Below, one piece after another: positions 54,393 to 64,000 of a stretch of DNA of 64,000 nucleotides. The stretch's first letter is position 1; each line of letters opens with the position of its first letter. Below the pieces are notes generated by a model. The model saw only the letters and a program-made list of their open reading frames with translations, was not told the DNA's origin and did no database searches. The position numbers and the translations under genes are program-made. The stretch is from an uncultured delta proteobacterium. GTDB taxonomy: Bacteria > Desulfobacterota > Binatia > Binatales > Binataceae. The DNA lies in NCBI GenBank assembly GCA_963806485.1, contig CAWDXY010000001.1, forward strand, positions 270,212-334,211. The letters are read 5' to 3'.

Positions 54393-55391
54393 TTAACGCC
54401 CTTGCGGCATTGCGGCGGGCTTTTCAAAACTTGCGTCGAGGAATTTGACAACTCGCGCGGCGTAACCGGTCGGATCCTCGTAGATCGCGTCGCCGTGGCC
54501 GCTCGACGGCACTGTCCACATCTGCGCGCGGGAGCCACCCGCGGCGAGCAGCTTCTGGCCGTCGGCAAGAGGAGTGACCTGGTCATCGCGATTCTGAATG
54601 ATCAGCAACGGGCAATCGCTAAGATTCGCCGCGTCCGTCGCCGGCGAGATTTTATATGGCGGGCGGCCGAACCATAGCTCAGCTTCCCACATCACGGTGC
54701 CGCCGAACGCGGGATTCAGCCCCGACATTGACGGGCTGCGGATGAACAGCTGCTCGAGATTCGCATACGAGCTGTCGGCGACGATTGCGGTGAAGACGGG
54801 CTGCTCGGCCTGCGCCATGATCGCGCCGGCAGCGCCATCGGAAATTCCGAGCGCCGCGATTTTATCGAAGCCGTCGTGCATCAACTTGTGCGCGGTCGCC
54901 AGCGCGAGTTTGCGTTTGAGGATTCCCCAGTCGGTTCCGTCGCTCCGACCATCGGCGATGTAGGTCGCGACCACGGTATAGCCGGCGCCCAGCAGAAACT
55001 TCACGTACGGAATCATGCCCGCTTCCGGCGATCCCTCCGCCGGCACGATCAACACGACCTGGCGCCGCTTACCCGGAAAATACCATCCGATCACACTTAC
55101 CTGACGATGGCGAAAACCGTCTTCCTCGACCACACCGCAGTCCAATCGCGTTGGCTCAACGCCGAGTGCGGCCGCGATGTCTTTCATCGAGCCGCGCTGG
55201 AACGACGCAACATGCTCGCCGAAGACGTCTTGGCCCCCGCGCCGGATAAAGTCGGGGTACCGGAGCGATCGAGCGACGAAGAAAGCCGCGCCCATCCAGA
55301 GCAGGATCGGGACGCCCAGCAGGATCGCGCCGACGCCAAATATTCGCCGGGGCTTGCGCTTTGCGGTCGGAGATTCCGCGCGATCGTGCAT
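54393..55391 (-). CDS. Alpha/beta-hydrolase (S9/dienelactone-hydrolase-like) with N-terminal membrane anchor
   Basis: N-terminal TM helix, nucleophile elbow GISDGAAGA, catalytic region D...GHGD. Confidence 0.65.
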   Translation of the reverse strand: MHDRAESPTAKRKPRRIFGVGAILLGVPILLWMGAAFFVARSLRYPDFIRRGGQDVFGEHVASFQRGSMKDIAAALGVEPTRLDCGVVEEDGFRHRQVSVIGWYFPGKRRQVVLIVPAEGSPEAGMIPYVKFLLGAGYTVVATYIADGRSDGTDWGILKRKLALATAHKLMHDGFDKIAALGISDGAAGAIMAQAEQPVFTAIVADSSYANLEQLFIRSPSMSGLNPAFGGTVMWEAELWFGRPPYKISPATDAANLSDCPLLIIQNRDDQVTPLADGQKLLAAGGSRAQMWTVPSSGHGDAIYEDPTGYAARVVKFLDASFEKPAAMPQGR

Positions 55392-55443
55392 CCGCTATGC
55401 TTGTGCACGAGTGCGCGAGCAGCCGCAAGCGTGCTTGTGAGCT

Positions 55444-56283
55444 TTGCACTCGCCACTTATGCTGCCTCACAGGAAGGCGACGCTCGTGTCAGATTGGGAT
55501 CCCGAACTCTACAACCGCTTTCGCCGCTACCGCGCGGAGCCTGTCGCGCACATCCTGTCGCGCCTGCAGCTCAATGACGACGAGAAAATCATCGACCTCG
55601 GATGCGGCTCCGGCGAGAACACGCTCGAACTCGCGCGCCGCAGCCTGCGCGGCTCGGCGCTTGGCGTCGACGGCTCGCCCGCGATGATCGAGGCGGCTCG
55701 CAAGCTGCTCGAGGCCGAGCCGGCCGAACTTAAGTGTCGCGTCTCGTTTGAGTTGCTCAATGTTCCCGAGTTTCGCGCCGATCGCGCTTACTCGTTGATC
55801 TTCTCGAACGCTACTTTTCAGTGGATTCCTGACCATCGCGCGTTGTTCGCGGCGTGTTTTGACGCGCTCCGGCCGGGCGGAACGATCGTCGTGCAGATGC
55901 CCGCCAACGAAACCGAGACCGCGAAAATGGAAATCGGCCGGCTCGCGCGCGAGGCGCCGTGGAACACGATGCTCGGCGGACGCGAACGCGCGTTTCACGA
56001 AGAGCCGCCGGAGTTTTACGCCGCGATGCTGGCGAAGCTCGGCTACGATCGAATCGACTGCTATCACCTGACGTTTCATCATCCGATGGATCGTCCCGCC
56101 GACGTCGTTCAATGGTACCGCTCGACCGGCCTGCGGCCCTTTCTCGACGCGCTCCCTAACGATCGCCACGAGGAATTTCTCGACCGGTTGACGGCGCGGC
56201 TTAACGTGGCATACGGCACTTCCGGTCCTATGACATTTGACTTCAAGCGGCTGTTTATCTGGGGCCGCCGGCCCGGGCCTTAA
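55444..56283 (+). CDS. tam: Trans-aconitate 2-methyltransferase-like SAM-dependent methyltransferase
   Basis: WDPELYNRFRRYRAEP... and LGCGSGENT SAM-binding motif, about 270 aa. Confidence 0.7.
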   Translation: MHSPLMLPHRKATLVSDWDPELYNRFRRYRAEPVAHILSRLQLNDDEKIIDLGCGSGENTLELARRSLRGSALGVDGSPAMIEAARKLLEAEPAELKCRVSFELLNVPEFRADRAYSLIFSNATFQWIPDHRALFAACFDALRPGGTIVVQMPANETETAKMEIGRLAREAPWNTMLGGRERAFHEEPPEFYAAMLAKLGYDRIDCYHLTFHHPMDRPADVVQWYRSTGLRPFLDALPNDRHEEFLDRLTARLNVAYGTSGPMTFDFKRLFIWGRRPGP

Positions 56284-56284
56284 G

Positions 56285-57298
56285 ATGGCGCGCGCGCCCA
56301 ATCGTCCCGCACTCGTGGCGCATGGCGGCGCCGGCACCGTCGGTCCTGGCAAGGAGCGTCCCGAGCGCCGCCGCGCGATGATGGCCGCGATACGCCTCGG
56401 CGCGAGCATTCTTCGCCACAACGGCAGCGCGCTCGAGGCGGTCGTCGCGACCGTCGTGGCGCTCGAGGACCATCCGCTCTTCAATGCCGGCTACGGCTCG
56501 CTGCTCAACTCCGAGGGCAACGTCGAAATGGACGCGTCCGTAATGTTCGCCGAGCTTGTTTTAGACTCTACACATCGCGGCAAACGCTCTGATCGAACTC
56601 ACTCCAACGGCGCCGACTACACCGTCTCGGCCGGCGCGGTGGCTGTCGTCAGCCGCGTGCGAAATCCGATCATGCTCGCGCGCGCCGTGATGGAACATTC
56701 GCCGCACATCATGATGGCGGGCGCTGGCGCGGAAAATTTCGCGCGCAAGGTCGGTATCCGGCTGGTGCGGCCCGAGGAAATGGTTACCGAGCGCGCTCGC
56801 GAACGATGGCGCACGCGAAAACAGCAGACCGGCATGCTCGAGGCCGAGGCCGCCGCGCGCGCCGCAATCGGACATGGCACGGTGGGCGCGGTTGCGGTCG
56901 ATGTGCGCGGCGGAATCGCGGCGGCGACCTCGACCGGCGGCGTGCCCGGCAAGCTCTTCGGCCGCGTGGGAGACTCGGCGCTGATAGGAGCCGGCACTTT
57001 CGCGCACGCATTCGGCGCAGCCTCTGCGACGGGGCAGGGCGAGGCGATTATCCTGACTGCGCTGTGCCGCGAGGCGGTCCTGGCGCTGGAGGACGCGTCG
57101 CCCCAGGCGGTCGCGCGCGAAGCGATCGCCGAAATGATCGACGCGACCGGCGCGGAGGCGGGAATGATTCTCGTCGATCGCCGCGGCAGAATCGGTTACG
57201 CGCACAACGCCGCCTCGATGCAGGTGGCGAGATACGATCCCGCCGGCGGCCTGCAGCATCTGTGGCTCGAGCCGGTCGCGACGGCCCGCCGTCCGTGA
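56285..57298 (+). CDS. Isoaspartyl peptidase / L-asparaginase (Ntn-hydrolase, plant-type asparaginase family)
   Basis: ALVAHGGAG N-terminus and autoproteolytic GTVGAVAVD threonine site. ATG overlaps the tam stop. Confidence 0.8.
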   Translation: MARAPNRPALVAHGGAGTVGPGKERPERRRAMMAAIRLGASILRHNGSALEAVVATVVALEDHPLFNAGYGSLLNSEGNVEMDASVMFAELVLDSTHRGKRSDRTHSNGADYTVSAGAVAVVSRVRNPIMLARAVMEHSPHIMMAGAGAENFARKVGIRLVRPEEMVTERARERWRTRKQQTGMLEAEAAARAAIGHGTVGAVAVDVRGGIAAATSTGGVPGKLFGRVGDSALIGAGTFAHAFGAASATGQGEAIILTALCREAVLALEDASPQAVAREAIAEMIDATGAEAGMILVDRRGRIGYAHNAASMQVARYDPAGGLQHLWLEPVATARRP

Positions 57299-58977
57299 CT
57301 CTCGAGCATCCCGAAACTCCCGCGCCCTCGAGTCGCGTCGCAGTCCTGCATCCGGCGCTGCTTGCGATCGCCGGCTTGTTTGCCTTCGTCGTTCTCGTGC
57401 AGGGAATCAGCGCGCCGTTTCAGAAGGACGCGGAGCCGCAATCGGCCGAGTGGATTCAAAGCATCGTGCGCGACGGGCACTGGCTGATACCGAGCGACGC
57501 GTACGGCTTCACCGATCGCAAACCGCCGCTTTTCTATTGGCTGTCGGCGCTCGTCGCGAAATCCACCGGCGGCACCGTCGACGAGGTCCGCGCGCGGGCG
57601 GTGTCCGTAGTGGCGGGCACAGCGCTCGCAGTTGCGGTACTCGCGTGGACGGTTGCCAACGTCGGCGCGTCCGAAGGATGGCTCGCGTTTCTGTTGATGC
57701 TCGGCACCTATGGATTCGCGTCGCGAGCGACCGAAGCGCTCACCGACATGCTGCTCACGTTTCTGCTTTTCGCCGCATACTCGGCGATTTATCCGTTTCT
57801 CGATGAGCCGGCGGCGTCCCGCGGCTCTTCGCGCGGGACAATGTTTGTGGGCGTGATACTCGGGCTTGGCGTTTTGGCCAAGGGACCGGTCGCAATCGTG
57901 CTGTGCGCGCTCGCTGTGATGATCTATCTGTTGATCGAGCGCCGCAATCCAATCGCGTTGCTGCGCCAGGGATGGCCGTGGCAGGTCGTCGCGATTGCAG
58001 TCGCAATTGGTGCGGTCTGGTACGTTCCGGCGGCGATAGTCGGCGGGCAGAAGATCGTGAGGATCATCTTCGCGGAGAATTTCGGGCATTTCATGCCCGT
58101 CAGGCTCGGCGGTACGGGAGAGAGTTATCGTCCCTTCTATTTTATCGCCGCGCGCTTGCTCGGCGGCGCTTTTCCGATGACGCTCCTGATCCTGCCGGCC
58201 GCTCTCGCCTTCTACACCGGCGAGATCGCGACGGAGAAACGGCGCCCTGTAATTTACCAGGTAAGCATGTCGCTTGCGGTGCTGCTGTTTTTCTCGATCG
58301 CAAGCGTCAAGCGCGACGACTACATCCTGCCCGCGCTACCGGGAATCGCGATTCTGTGCGCGTCGGTGTTCACGCTAGACGCACGCGTCGCGGCGTCGAA
58401 GCTACGCGACTTGCTCGTCGTGCTGTTCGCGATCGGTCCGCTTTTGGCTGCGCCGTTTGTTCGCTACGCGACTCCCGTGTTTATCAAGTCGTCGAGCGAT
58501 GCGGCCTACCTCGTGGTCCTCCACAGCATGGGCGGCTCTCTTGCCGCATTCTTTGCGGCCTCGATAGTGGCAGACGCCGTCGCGATCTATGCCGTGGTGC
58601 GGCGGCGCGCGATCCTGGTCGGCGTTGCATTCGGACTGCTCGGCCTTTTCTCGAGTCTGCTCTGGACGATCGGCCTGCGACCGTGGCTTGCCAATATTCG
58701 CAGCGTGAAGAATTTTGTGCCAATGGTCGCGCAGCATGTCAAAGGCGACCAGTTGTGCATTCCGGGCGGCGTCAACTACGAGCTGTCGTACTACTACGGG
58801 GCTGCGGTCCCCGATCTCAAAAATCCCAAATGCGTCTACCTGCTTGCGACACCGCGCGAGGTGGACGCGATGACTTCCGAATATCGAGCGCGCCTCAAAC
58901 TCATCGAGAAATCCAATTTGATCGGTGGCGGCGGACCGCCGGCGCTATATGAAATCGCGCCCGGAGCCGCTAAATAG
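57295..58977 (+). CDS. ArnT/PMT-like glycosyltransferase (GT83/GT39 family) membrane protein
   Basis: GTG start overlaps the upstream stop (GTGA). First loop DAYGFTDRKPPLFYWLSAL typical of ArnT-like aminoarabinose/mannosyl transferases. About 12 TM helices. Confidence 0.7.
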   Translation: MTLEHPETPAPSSRVAVLHPALLAIAGLFAFVVLVQGISAPFQKDAEPQSAEWIQSIVRDGHWLIPSDAYGFTDRKPPLFYWLSALVAKSTGGTVDEVRARAVSVVAGTALAVAVLAWTVANVGASEGWLAFLLMLGTYGFASRATEALTDMLLTFLLFAAYSAIYPFLDEPAASRGSSRGTMFVGVILGLGVLAKGPVAIVLCALAVMIYLLIERRNPIALLRQGWPWQVVAIAVAIGAVWYVPAAIVGGQKIVRIIFAENFGHFMPVRLGGTGESYRPFYFIAARLLGGAFPMTLLILPAALAFYTGEIATEKRRPVIYQVSMSLAVLLFFSIASVKRDDYILPALPGIAILCASVFTLDARVAASKLRDLLVVLFAIGPLLAAPFVRYATPVFIKSSSDAAYLVVLHSMGGSLAAFFAASIVADAVAIYAVVRRRAILVGVAFGLLGLFSSLLWTIGLRPWLANIRSVKNFVPMVAQHVKGDQLCIPGGVNYELSYYYGAAVPDLKNPKCVYLLATPREVDAMTSEYRARLKLIEKSNLIGGGGPPALYEIAPGAAK

Positions 58978-58985
58978 AAGAAACG

Positions 58986-59219
58986 ATGGCTGACCGCGCT
59001 GAACAGGCTGAGTATGCGATCAGCGCGCTTATGCGCTTCGTCGTCTCGCTAATCATTCCGCTGTGGGCGCTCGCGATGCTCGCGCTCGGCGTCAAATACC
59101 GCTCGCTCTGGTGGCTTGGATGCGGGCTGGCGGTGGGTGCGGTCGGACTTCTGCTACTGGTCGGCAACCCGCTGGCGGGCCCAGTCCTGGATGTCCGCGA
59201 GCGCTGGCGTAAGAACTGA
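58986..59219 (+). CDS. Small two-TM membrane protein (77 aa)
   Basis: Two hydrophobic helices, 8 nt downstream of the GT83 gene. Confidence 0.4.
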   Translation: MADRAEQAEYAISALMRFVVSLIIPLWALAMLALGVKYRSLWWLGCGLAVGAVGLLLLVGNPLAGPVLDVRERWRKN

Positions 59220-59220
59220 A

Positions 59221-59480
59221 AGCGGGGCTCCTCGCCCCGCGCCCTCGGCAGGGGTGACCCCTGCACCCGGTATTAAGAAAGAGAAAGATGCGGGCTGACG
59301 CCCTGTTCGGAAGTTTTGGCGCGAGGACGCGAAGCGGGCTCGTGTCCAGCGGCGCAGATACACCTAGACCGTTCTTCCCGAAAATAGTTCTGACAGGCCG
59401 CAAGGCCGCATCTCCTCTTTTCCTCCACTGGGTGCAGGGGTCACCCCTGCCGGGGGGTGCGGGGCGCGCAGCCCCGCTTT
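59221..59480. repeat. Inverted pair of REP/MITE-like repeat copies (E forward, F inverted) bracketing about 110 bp
   Basis: Copy E: hairpin GCGGGGC-TCCTC-GCCCCGC plus core 59247-59268. Copy F: reverse-complement core GGGTGCAGGGGTCACCCCTGCC 59430-59451 plus hairpin GCGGGGCGCGCAGCCCCGC. Confidence 0.75.
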
Positions 59481-59531
59481 CGATTCCGCCTGAATTGCGG
59501 GCGTTGTGCGGGCAGGATATTGTTTCCTTAG

Positions 59532-59870
59532 ATGCCGATTTTTGAGTACGAATGCGGGCGATGCGGGCTGGTCAGCTCGCACGTCGTGATGGGTTCGTCG
59601 GGGCGCCGCGAGCGTCGCGAATGTCCCGAGTGCGGGTCGGCGCGCATGCGGCGCGTGATGTCGTCGTTCGCGGTGGTCGAGAGCGAGGCGTCGCGGCTCG
59701 CGAGTTTCGACGCGTCGAAGCCACGCGACGATTCTTACTATCGCGACTCGCGCAACGTTGGATTGTGGGCAAAGAAGCGGGCCAAGGAGATGGGCGTCGA
59801 TCTTGGATCGAAATTCGAGGCGACCGTCGAGAAAGCTCGCAGCGGCAAGCTGATCAAGGAGATGACCTGA
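59532..59870 (+). CDS. FmdB-family zinc-ribbon regulatory protein
   Basis: MPIFEYECGRCG...CPECG (CxxC...CxxC) at N-terminus. Confidence 0.7.
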   Translation: MPIFEYECGRCGLVSSHVVMGSSGRRERRECPECGSARMRRVMSSFAVVESEASRLASFDASKPRDDSYYRDSRNVGLWAKKRAKEMGVDLGSKFEATVEKARSGKLIKEMT

Positions 59871-59879
59871 GGCGGGACT

Positions 59880-60146
59880 ATGGCAGAAGATCACAAGGAC
59901 CGGCTGGGTAACAAGCTGCACGACGTCGAGAAGGCGCGCGAAGATCAGTGGGCGCGTCAGCGCGATGAAGAGCTGCTCAAGAAGATGCGCGAGCGCTTGC
60001 ACCATCACGTGTGCCCGAAATGCAAGGAGGTTCTGGTCGCGAAGATCGAGAACGGAGTTCACGTACACGCCTGCCCGGAAGGACATGGCGCGTGGCTGGA
60101 CGAGACGGCGCTGAATTCGCTGCTGAAGGAGCACAAAGAAAGTTAG
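59880..60146 (+). CDS. Zinc-ribbon domain protein (88 aa)
   Basis: CPKC...17 residues...H-x-CPEGHGAWLD; Cys4/His zinc-ribbon-like arrangement. Confidence 0.45.
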   Translation: MAEDHKDRLGNKLHDVEKAREDQWARQRDEELLKKMRERLHHHVCPKCKEVLVAKIENGVHVHACPEGHGAWLDETALNSLLKEHKES

Positions 60147-60168
60147 CCGCGAGCCTATTTAAATTAAG

Positions 60169-60238
60169 CGTTGCTTAAGCAAAACTCGTTACAGGTGAAG
60201 CGATTCTTCTTGACAGCTTAGTCCAGTCCAACTAATGA
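60169..60238. promoter_or_regulatory. Candidate sigma70-type promoter and 12-bp palindrome upstream of nuoA
   Basis: Perfect palindrome TTGCTTAAGCAA (60169-60180). TTGACA (60209-60214), 18-nt spacer, TAATGA (60233-60238), 18 nt before the nuoA ATG. Confidence 0.35.
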
Positions 60239-60255
60239 GGACTCGGTAACATCAC

Positions 60256-60648
60256 ATGTATCTAAATTTTGGCGTGCCGCTGGCCCTGACGATCATCGGG
60301 ATCGGCTTCGTGGCGCTGATGTTCGGCTTGCAGAAGCTGCTGGCGCCGCAGAATCCGTACGATCGAAAGCTGATTCCCTACGAATGCGGCGAGCCGCCGA
60401 CGGGGCGCGCGTGGATTAATTTCAACGTTCGCTTTTACCTGATCGCGCTGATTTTCGTGGTGTTCGAGGTCGAAGTGGCGTTCGTTTATCCGATCGCGGC
60501 CGTTTACCTGGACTGGGTGCGCTCGGGACGCCGTCTTTACGCGCTCAGCGAGATTTTAATCTTTTTACTCATACTGTTCGTTGGCCTGGTTTACGTTTGG
60601 GTCAAGCACGATCTCGAATGGATTAAGAAGGTACCGGTCGAAGACTGA
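60256..60648 (+). CDS. nuoA: NADH-quinone oxidoreductase subunit A
   Basis: 130 aa, three TM helices, conserved PYECG motif. Confidence 0.9.
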   Translation: MYLNFGVPLALTIIGIGFVALMFGLQKLLAPQNPYDRKLIPYECGEPPTGRAWINFNVRFYLIALIFVVFEVEVAFVYPIAAVYLDWVRSGRRLYALSEILIFLLILFVGLVYVWVKHDLEWIKKVPVED

Positions 60649-60659
60649 GGTTTGTCTTT

Positions 60660-61172
60660 ATGCCCCTGTTGAACACGCTTCCCGATTACGTTTTGACCAC
60701 CAAGACCGACGAGCTGCTGAACTGGATGCGCAAATCGAGCATCTGGTACATGCTGTTCGGCCTGGCTTGCTGCGCGATCGAGCTGATGCATACGGGCGGC
60801 CCGCGCGCTGACATCGATCGTTTCGGTGCGACGCCGCGCGCGTCGGCGCGCCAGTCGGACCTGATGATCGTGGCGGGCACGCTGACTTTGAAAATGGCGC
60901 TGCGTACGCGGCTGCTTTACGATCAGATGCCCGACCCGAAGTACGTCATCTCGATGGGTTCGTGCGCGAGCTGCGGCGGACTCTTTCAGCTTGCCTACTC
61001 GGTATGCGACGGCGTCGACAAGATCCTGCCGGTCGATGTGTACGTTCCCGGCTGCCCACCGCGTCCCGAGGCGCTGACTGAAGGCCTGCTCAAGCTGCAG
61101 GAAAAGATGATGACCGAGCGCTGGCTGGTGCGCTCGCCCAACGGCAACGGCAAGCAGGTGGCCGCAGCCTGA
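60660..61172 (+). CDS. nuoB: NADH-quinone oxidoreductase subunit B
   Basis: CCAIE...GSCASCGG...PGCPP motifs ligating Fe-S cluster N2. Confidence 0.9.
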   Translation: MPLLNTLPDYVLTTKTDELLNWMRKSSIWYMLFGLACCAIELMHTGGPRADIDRFGATPRASARQSDLMIVAGTLTLKMALRTRLLYDQMPDPKYVISMGSCASCGGLFQLAYSVCDGVDKILPVDVYVPGCPPRPEALTEGLLKLQEKMMTERWLVRSPNGNGKQVAAA

Positions 61173-61176
61173 GCAG

Positions 61177-61686
61177 ATGGAGTCGCTTCAAATACTCGAA
61201 CGGGTCAAGAGCAAGTTCGGCGATCGCGTGCTGGAAATTTCAGAGAAGAAGCCCGATCCGTTCGCGGTGATCGATCCGAAGTCGGTGGTCGAGGTCGGGC
61301 GCTTCATGAAGGAAGACGCCGAGCTCGCGATGGACTGCCTCTCCAACGAGACCGGCGTCGATTACAAGGACCGCATCGAGGTGGTCTATCACCTGTTCTC
61401 ATACTCGAAGCGGCACACTGCGGTGTTGAAAGTGAAGCTGCCCCGCGAAAATCCGAGCGTGGCGACGCTCGAGGGCGTGTGGAAGTCGGCGAATTGGATG
61501 GAGCGCGAAATCTTTGATCTGATCGGCGTGAATTTCGAAGGGCACAGCGACATGCGGCGAATCCTGATGCCGGAGGACTGGATCGGTCATCCGCAACGCA
61601 AGGATTTCGTCGAGCCGGCCGAATACCACGGAATCTCAACAGTGAGAGAGAGCCCGATAATCAGGCTCGACACCAAAAAGAAATGA
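61177..61686 (+). CDS. nuoC: NADH-quinone oxidoreductase subunit C
   Basis: 169 aa, 30-kDa subunit pattern (ERE.FD..G..F.GH). Confidence 0.85.
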   Translation: MESLQILERVKSKFGDRVLEISEKKPDPFAVIDPKSVVEVGRFMKEDAELAMDCLSNETGVDYKDRIEVVYHLFSYSKRHTAVLKVKLPRENPSVATLEGVWKSANWMEREIFDLIGVNFEGHSDMRRILMPEDWIGHPQRKDFVEPAEYHGISTVRESPIIRLDTKKK

Positions 61687-62801
61687 GCACGCTGCACACC
61701 GAAGAAATGACGCTCAACATGGGCCCGCAGCATCCGTCGACGCACGGGGTGCTGCGCTTCGTGGTGCGCGCCGACGGCGAGGTGATGCGCGAGGCGATTC
61801 CGGACGTCGGCTACCTGCATCGGTCGATCGAAAAGATTGCGGAGAAGGTCGGCTATCACGGCTTCATGCCGTACACCGATCGCGTCGACTACGTGTGCGC
61901 GATGTTCACCAACCAGGGTTGGGGCATGGCGTGCGAGAAACTCGCGGGAATCGAAGTGCCTCATCGCGGCGAGTACTGCCGCGTGATCGCAGCAGAGTTC
62001 AATCGAATCGCGTCGCATCTGCTGTCGGTCGGCGCGATGGCGATGGATATCGGCGCGGTGACGCCGTTTACGCATGCGATTCGCGAGCGCGAGATGATCA
62101 ACGACTTGATCGAGGAGCTGTGCGGCGCGCGGCTCACGTTCAACTACATGCGAATCGGCGGTGTGGCGTGGGATTTGCCGCCTGGATGGCGCGAGAAAGC
62201 GCTCGCGTACTTGGATCATTTCGATCCGATCCTCGAAGAATACAACGCGCTGATCTCGTGGAACAAAATTTATGTCGAGCGGCTGGCGAACGTCGGCGTG
62301 ATCACGCCGGAGGAAGCCGTCAACTACAACCTGGTCGGGCCGAATCTGCGCGCGTGCGGAATCAAGTGGGACATCCGCAAGGACATTCCGTATTCGGTGT
62401 ATCCCGAGCTCGAGTTCGACGTGCCGATCGGCGATGGGCATTGGGGCAAGCTCGGCGACTCGATGGATCGCTACGTCGTGCGGATTCGCGAGATGGCGGA
62501 GTCGTCGAAGATACTGCGGCAGGCGCTGCAGAAGATTCCCGGCGGGCCGGTGCTTGCGAAAGTCGCCCGCAATTTCAAGCCGCCGGCCGGCGAATGCCAG
62601 ATCAGGCTCGAGAGCGGGCGCGGCGACATGGGATGGTATCTCGTGAGCGACGGGACCGGGTATCCGTGGCGCGTGCACGTCCGCACGGGATCGTTTGCGG
62701 CGATGGGAATCATCCAGAAGCTGAGCGCGGGCCTGATGATAGCGGACCTGGTCACGCTGATCGCGAGCCTGGACGTGATCGCGCCGGAGATCGATCGCTA
62801 A
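61683..62801 (+). CDS. nuoD: NADH-quinone oxidoreductase subunit D
   Basis: 49-kDa subunit N-terminus [17 protein letters not shown]; ATGA overlap with nuoC. Confidence 0.9.
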   Translation: MSTLHTEEMTLNMGPQHPSTHGVLRFVVRADGEVMREAIPDVGYLHRSIEKIAEKVGYHGFMPYTDRVDYVCAMFTNQGWGMACEKLAGIEVPHRGEYCRVIAAEFNRIASHLLSVGAMAMDIGAVTPFTHAIREREMINDLIEELCGARLTFNYMRIGGVAWDLPPGWREKALAYLDHFDPILEEYNALISWNKIYVERLANVGVITPEEAVNYNLVGPNLRACGIKWDIRKDIPYSVYPELEFDVPIGDGHWGKLGDSMDRYVVRIREMAESSKILRQALQKIPGGPVLAKVARNFKPPAGECQIRLESGRGDMGWYLVSDGTGYPWRVHVRTGSFAAMGIIQKLSAGLMIADLVTLIASLDVIAPEIDR

Positions 62802-62807
62802 TCCTCG

Positions 62808-63998
62808 ATGGAGACACTGGTACAAAATCTGATCGCGTCGGGCGCGTTCGGCAAGAACGCGTCGCCGCACCTGGTCGCCGCGATCGTCGTGTTCGTGATG
62901 AGCGCGGTGGTCTTCCTGGGCGTGGCGTTTCCGTTCGCGGGAATCGTGAGCTGGGCGGAGCGGCGGGTGTGGGCGCGAATCCAGTCGCGGGTCGGACCAA
63001 ACCGCGTCGGGCCGCAGGGTTTCCTGCAGTGGCTGGCCGACGGCGTGAAACACGTCTGCAAGGAAGACATAATCCCCGACGAATCCGACGCTCCGCTGTT
63101 CAAGATGGCGCCGTACCTGGTGATGCTGGCGTTCACGCTGCCGTGGGCGGTGATGCCGTTCTCGTCGTCGCTGATACTGGCGGACCTCAACGTGGGCATC
63201 CTCTATATGACGTCTGTGACAGCGCTTACGGTGGTCGGCGTGCTGATGGCGGGATGGGCGTCGAACGACAAGTGGTCGCTGATCGGCGGAATCCGGTCGG
63301 CGGCGCAGATAGTCAGCTACGAGATACCGGCGGGGCTTTCGATTTTCCCGGTCGTGTTGATGACGGGCACGCTCTCGATGCAGGGAATCATCCGCGCGCA
63401 GGGCTGGGCGCCCCAGCATTGGTTTTTGTTCGCGAATCCGTTCACGTTCGTCGCGGCCAACATCTTATATATATCGGCGCTGGCCGAAGGTAACCGCACG
63501 CCGTTCGATTTGCCGGAAGCGGAGTCGGAACTGGTGGCGGGTTTCGCGACTGAGTACAGCGGAATGCGCTACCTGTTCTTCTTCATGGCGGAATGGGGAA
63601 ACCTGTTCATCATAGGCGCGATCATCGCGACCTTGTTCCTCGGCGGCTGGCAGTTCCCGCACATCACGAAAAATGTAGTCGCGATGAATATACTTCAGGC
63701 GATCACATTCAACGTCAAAGTACTAGTTCTGGTTTTCGTTTCGATGTGGATACGCGCGACGCTGCCGCGAGTGCGTATCGATCAGCTGATGACACTTTGC
63801 TGGAAATACTTCGTGCCGATCTCGTTTGTGGATATGATCGGAACCGCGGTGTGGGTAGCTATTTGGCCCGACGGCAACGCGGCGATGGGGTATATCATGT
63901 TGGCGGCTGCGATTGCGCTGGCGGCGGTGTTTACTCAGCGGGTTATATACTATCTCCGGCGTTCGCGGATGGAAGTATACTTCAATCCGACTATATAG
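62808..63998 (+). CDS. nuoH: NADH-quinone oxidoreductase subunit H
   Basis: WAERRVWARIQSRVGPNRVGPQGFLQ and EYSGMRY motifs, 8 TM helices. Follows nuoD directly with no nuoE/F/G between. Confidence 0.9.
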   Translation: METLVQNLIASGAFGKNASPHLVAAIVVFVMSAVVFLGVAFPFAGIVSWAERRVWARIQSRVGPNRVGPQGFLQWLADGVKHVCKEDIIPDESDAPLFKMAPYLVMLAFTLPWAVMPFSSSLILADLNVGILYMTSVTALTVVGVLMAGWASNDKWSLIGGIRSAAQIVSYEIPAGLSIFPVVLMTGTLSMQGIIRAQGWAPQHWFLFANPFTFVAANILYISALAEGNRTPFDLPEAESELVAGFATEYSGMRYLFFFMAEWGNLFIIGAIIATLFLGGWQFPHITKNVVAMNILQAITFNVKVLVLVFVSMWIRATLPRVRIDQLMTLCWKYFVPISFVDMIGTAVWVAIWPDGNAAMGYIMLAAAIALAAVFTQRVIYYLRRSRMEVYFNPTI

Positions 63999-64000
63999 AG

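Noticed and set aside
61587-63419. 610-aa minus-strand ORF and 532-aa plus-strand alternative frame (61895-63493)
   Set aside because: Both overlap the conserved nuoD/nuoH genes in other frames. Arg-rich nonsense translations.
1-64000. CRISPR arrays, rRNA, tRNA, transposase/integrase genes
   Set aside because: No regularly spaced direct repeats with unique spacers, no rRNA-like stretches, no recognisable tRNA cloverleaf candidates and no transposase or integrase ORFs were seen. The repeats present are hairpin-type REP/MITE-like elements without coding capacity.

Overview
High-GC (about 65%) bacterial chromosomal window, densely coding on both strands with no rRNA, tRNA or CRISPR detected; the content resembles an Acidobacteria-like soil bacterium. 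The dominant feature is a large hopanoid biosynthesis locus: hpnH, ispA-like, shc, dxr, hpnC/D/E, hpnA, hpnG and hpnK, with hpnJ at the window start. Beside hpnJ is an unusual possible polar-headgroup cluster: a bifunctional cytidylyltransferase/CDP-alcohol phosphatidyltransferase, two HAD phosphatases, a nucleotidyltransferase, an ATP-grasp protein and a class III aminotransferase. The window also holds pepN, malQ, a CaiB/BaiF CoA-transferase, several SDRs, an ArsR regulator with four tandem AHSA1/SRPBCC paralogs, a haloalkane dehalogenase, and the start of a complex I operon (nuoA-B-C-D-H, no nuoEFG). The most interesting candidates are: (1) a thioredoxin-fold selenoprotein with an in-frame TGA at the redox-active position and a SECIS-like hairpin just downstream; (2) an exosortase/CPBP-protease fusion (XrtE-like) operon with a fatty-acid-hydroxylase-family protein and two tandem mini-proteins that are little more than a signal peptide plus an APELD-type C-terminal sorting signal; (3) a family of six or more copies of a three-hairpin REP/MITE-like repeat placed right after stop codons, plus a separate 212-bp inverted-repeat element; (4) a MoaD/ThiS-like -GG protein translationally coupled to a BNR-repeat propeller protein, with no E1 or MoaE partner nearby. 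Many long ORFs in the six-frame track are antisense artefacts of the high GC content and were rejected.
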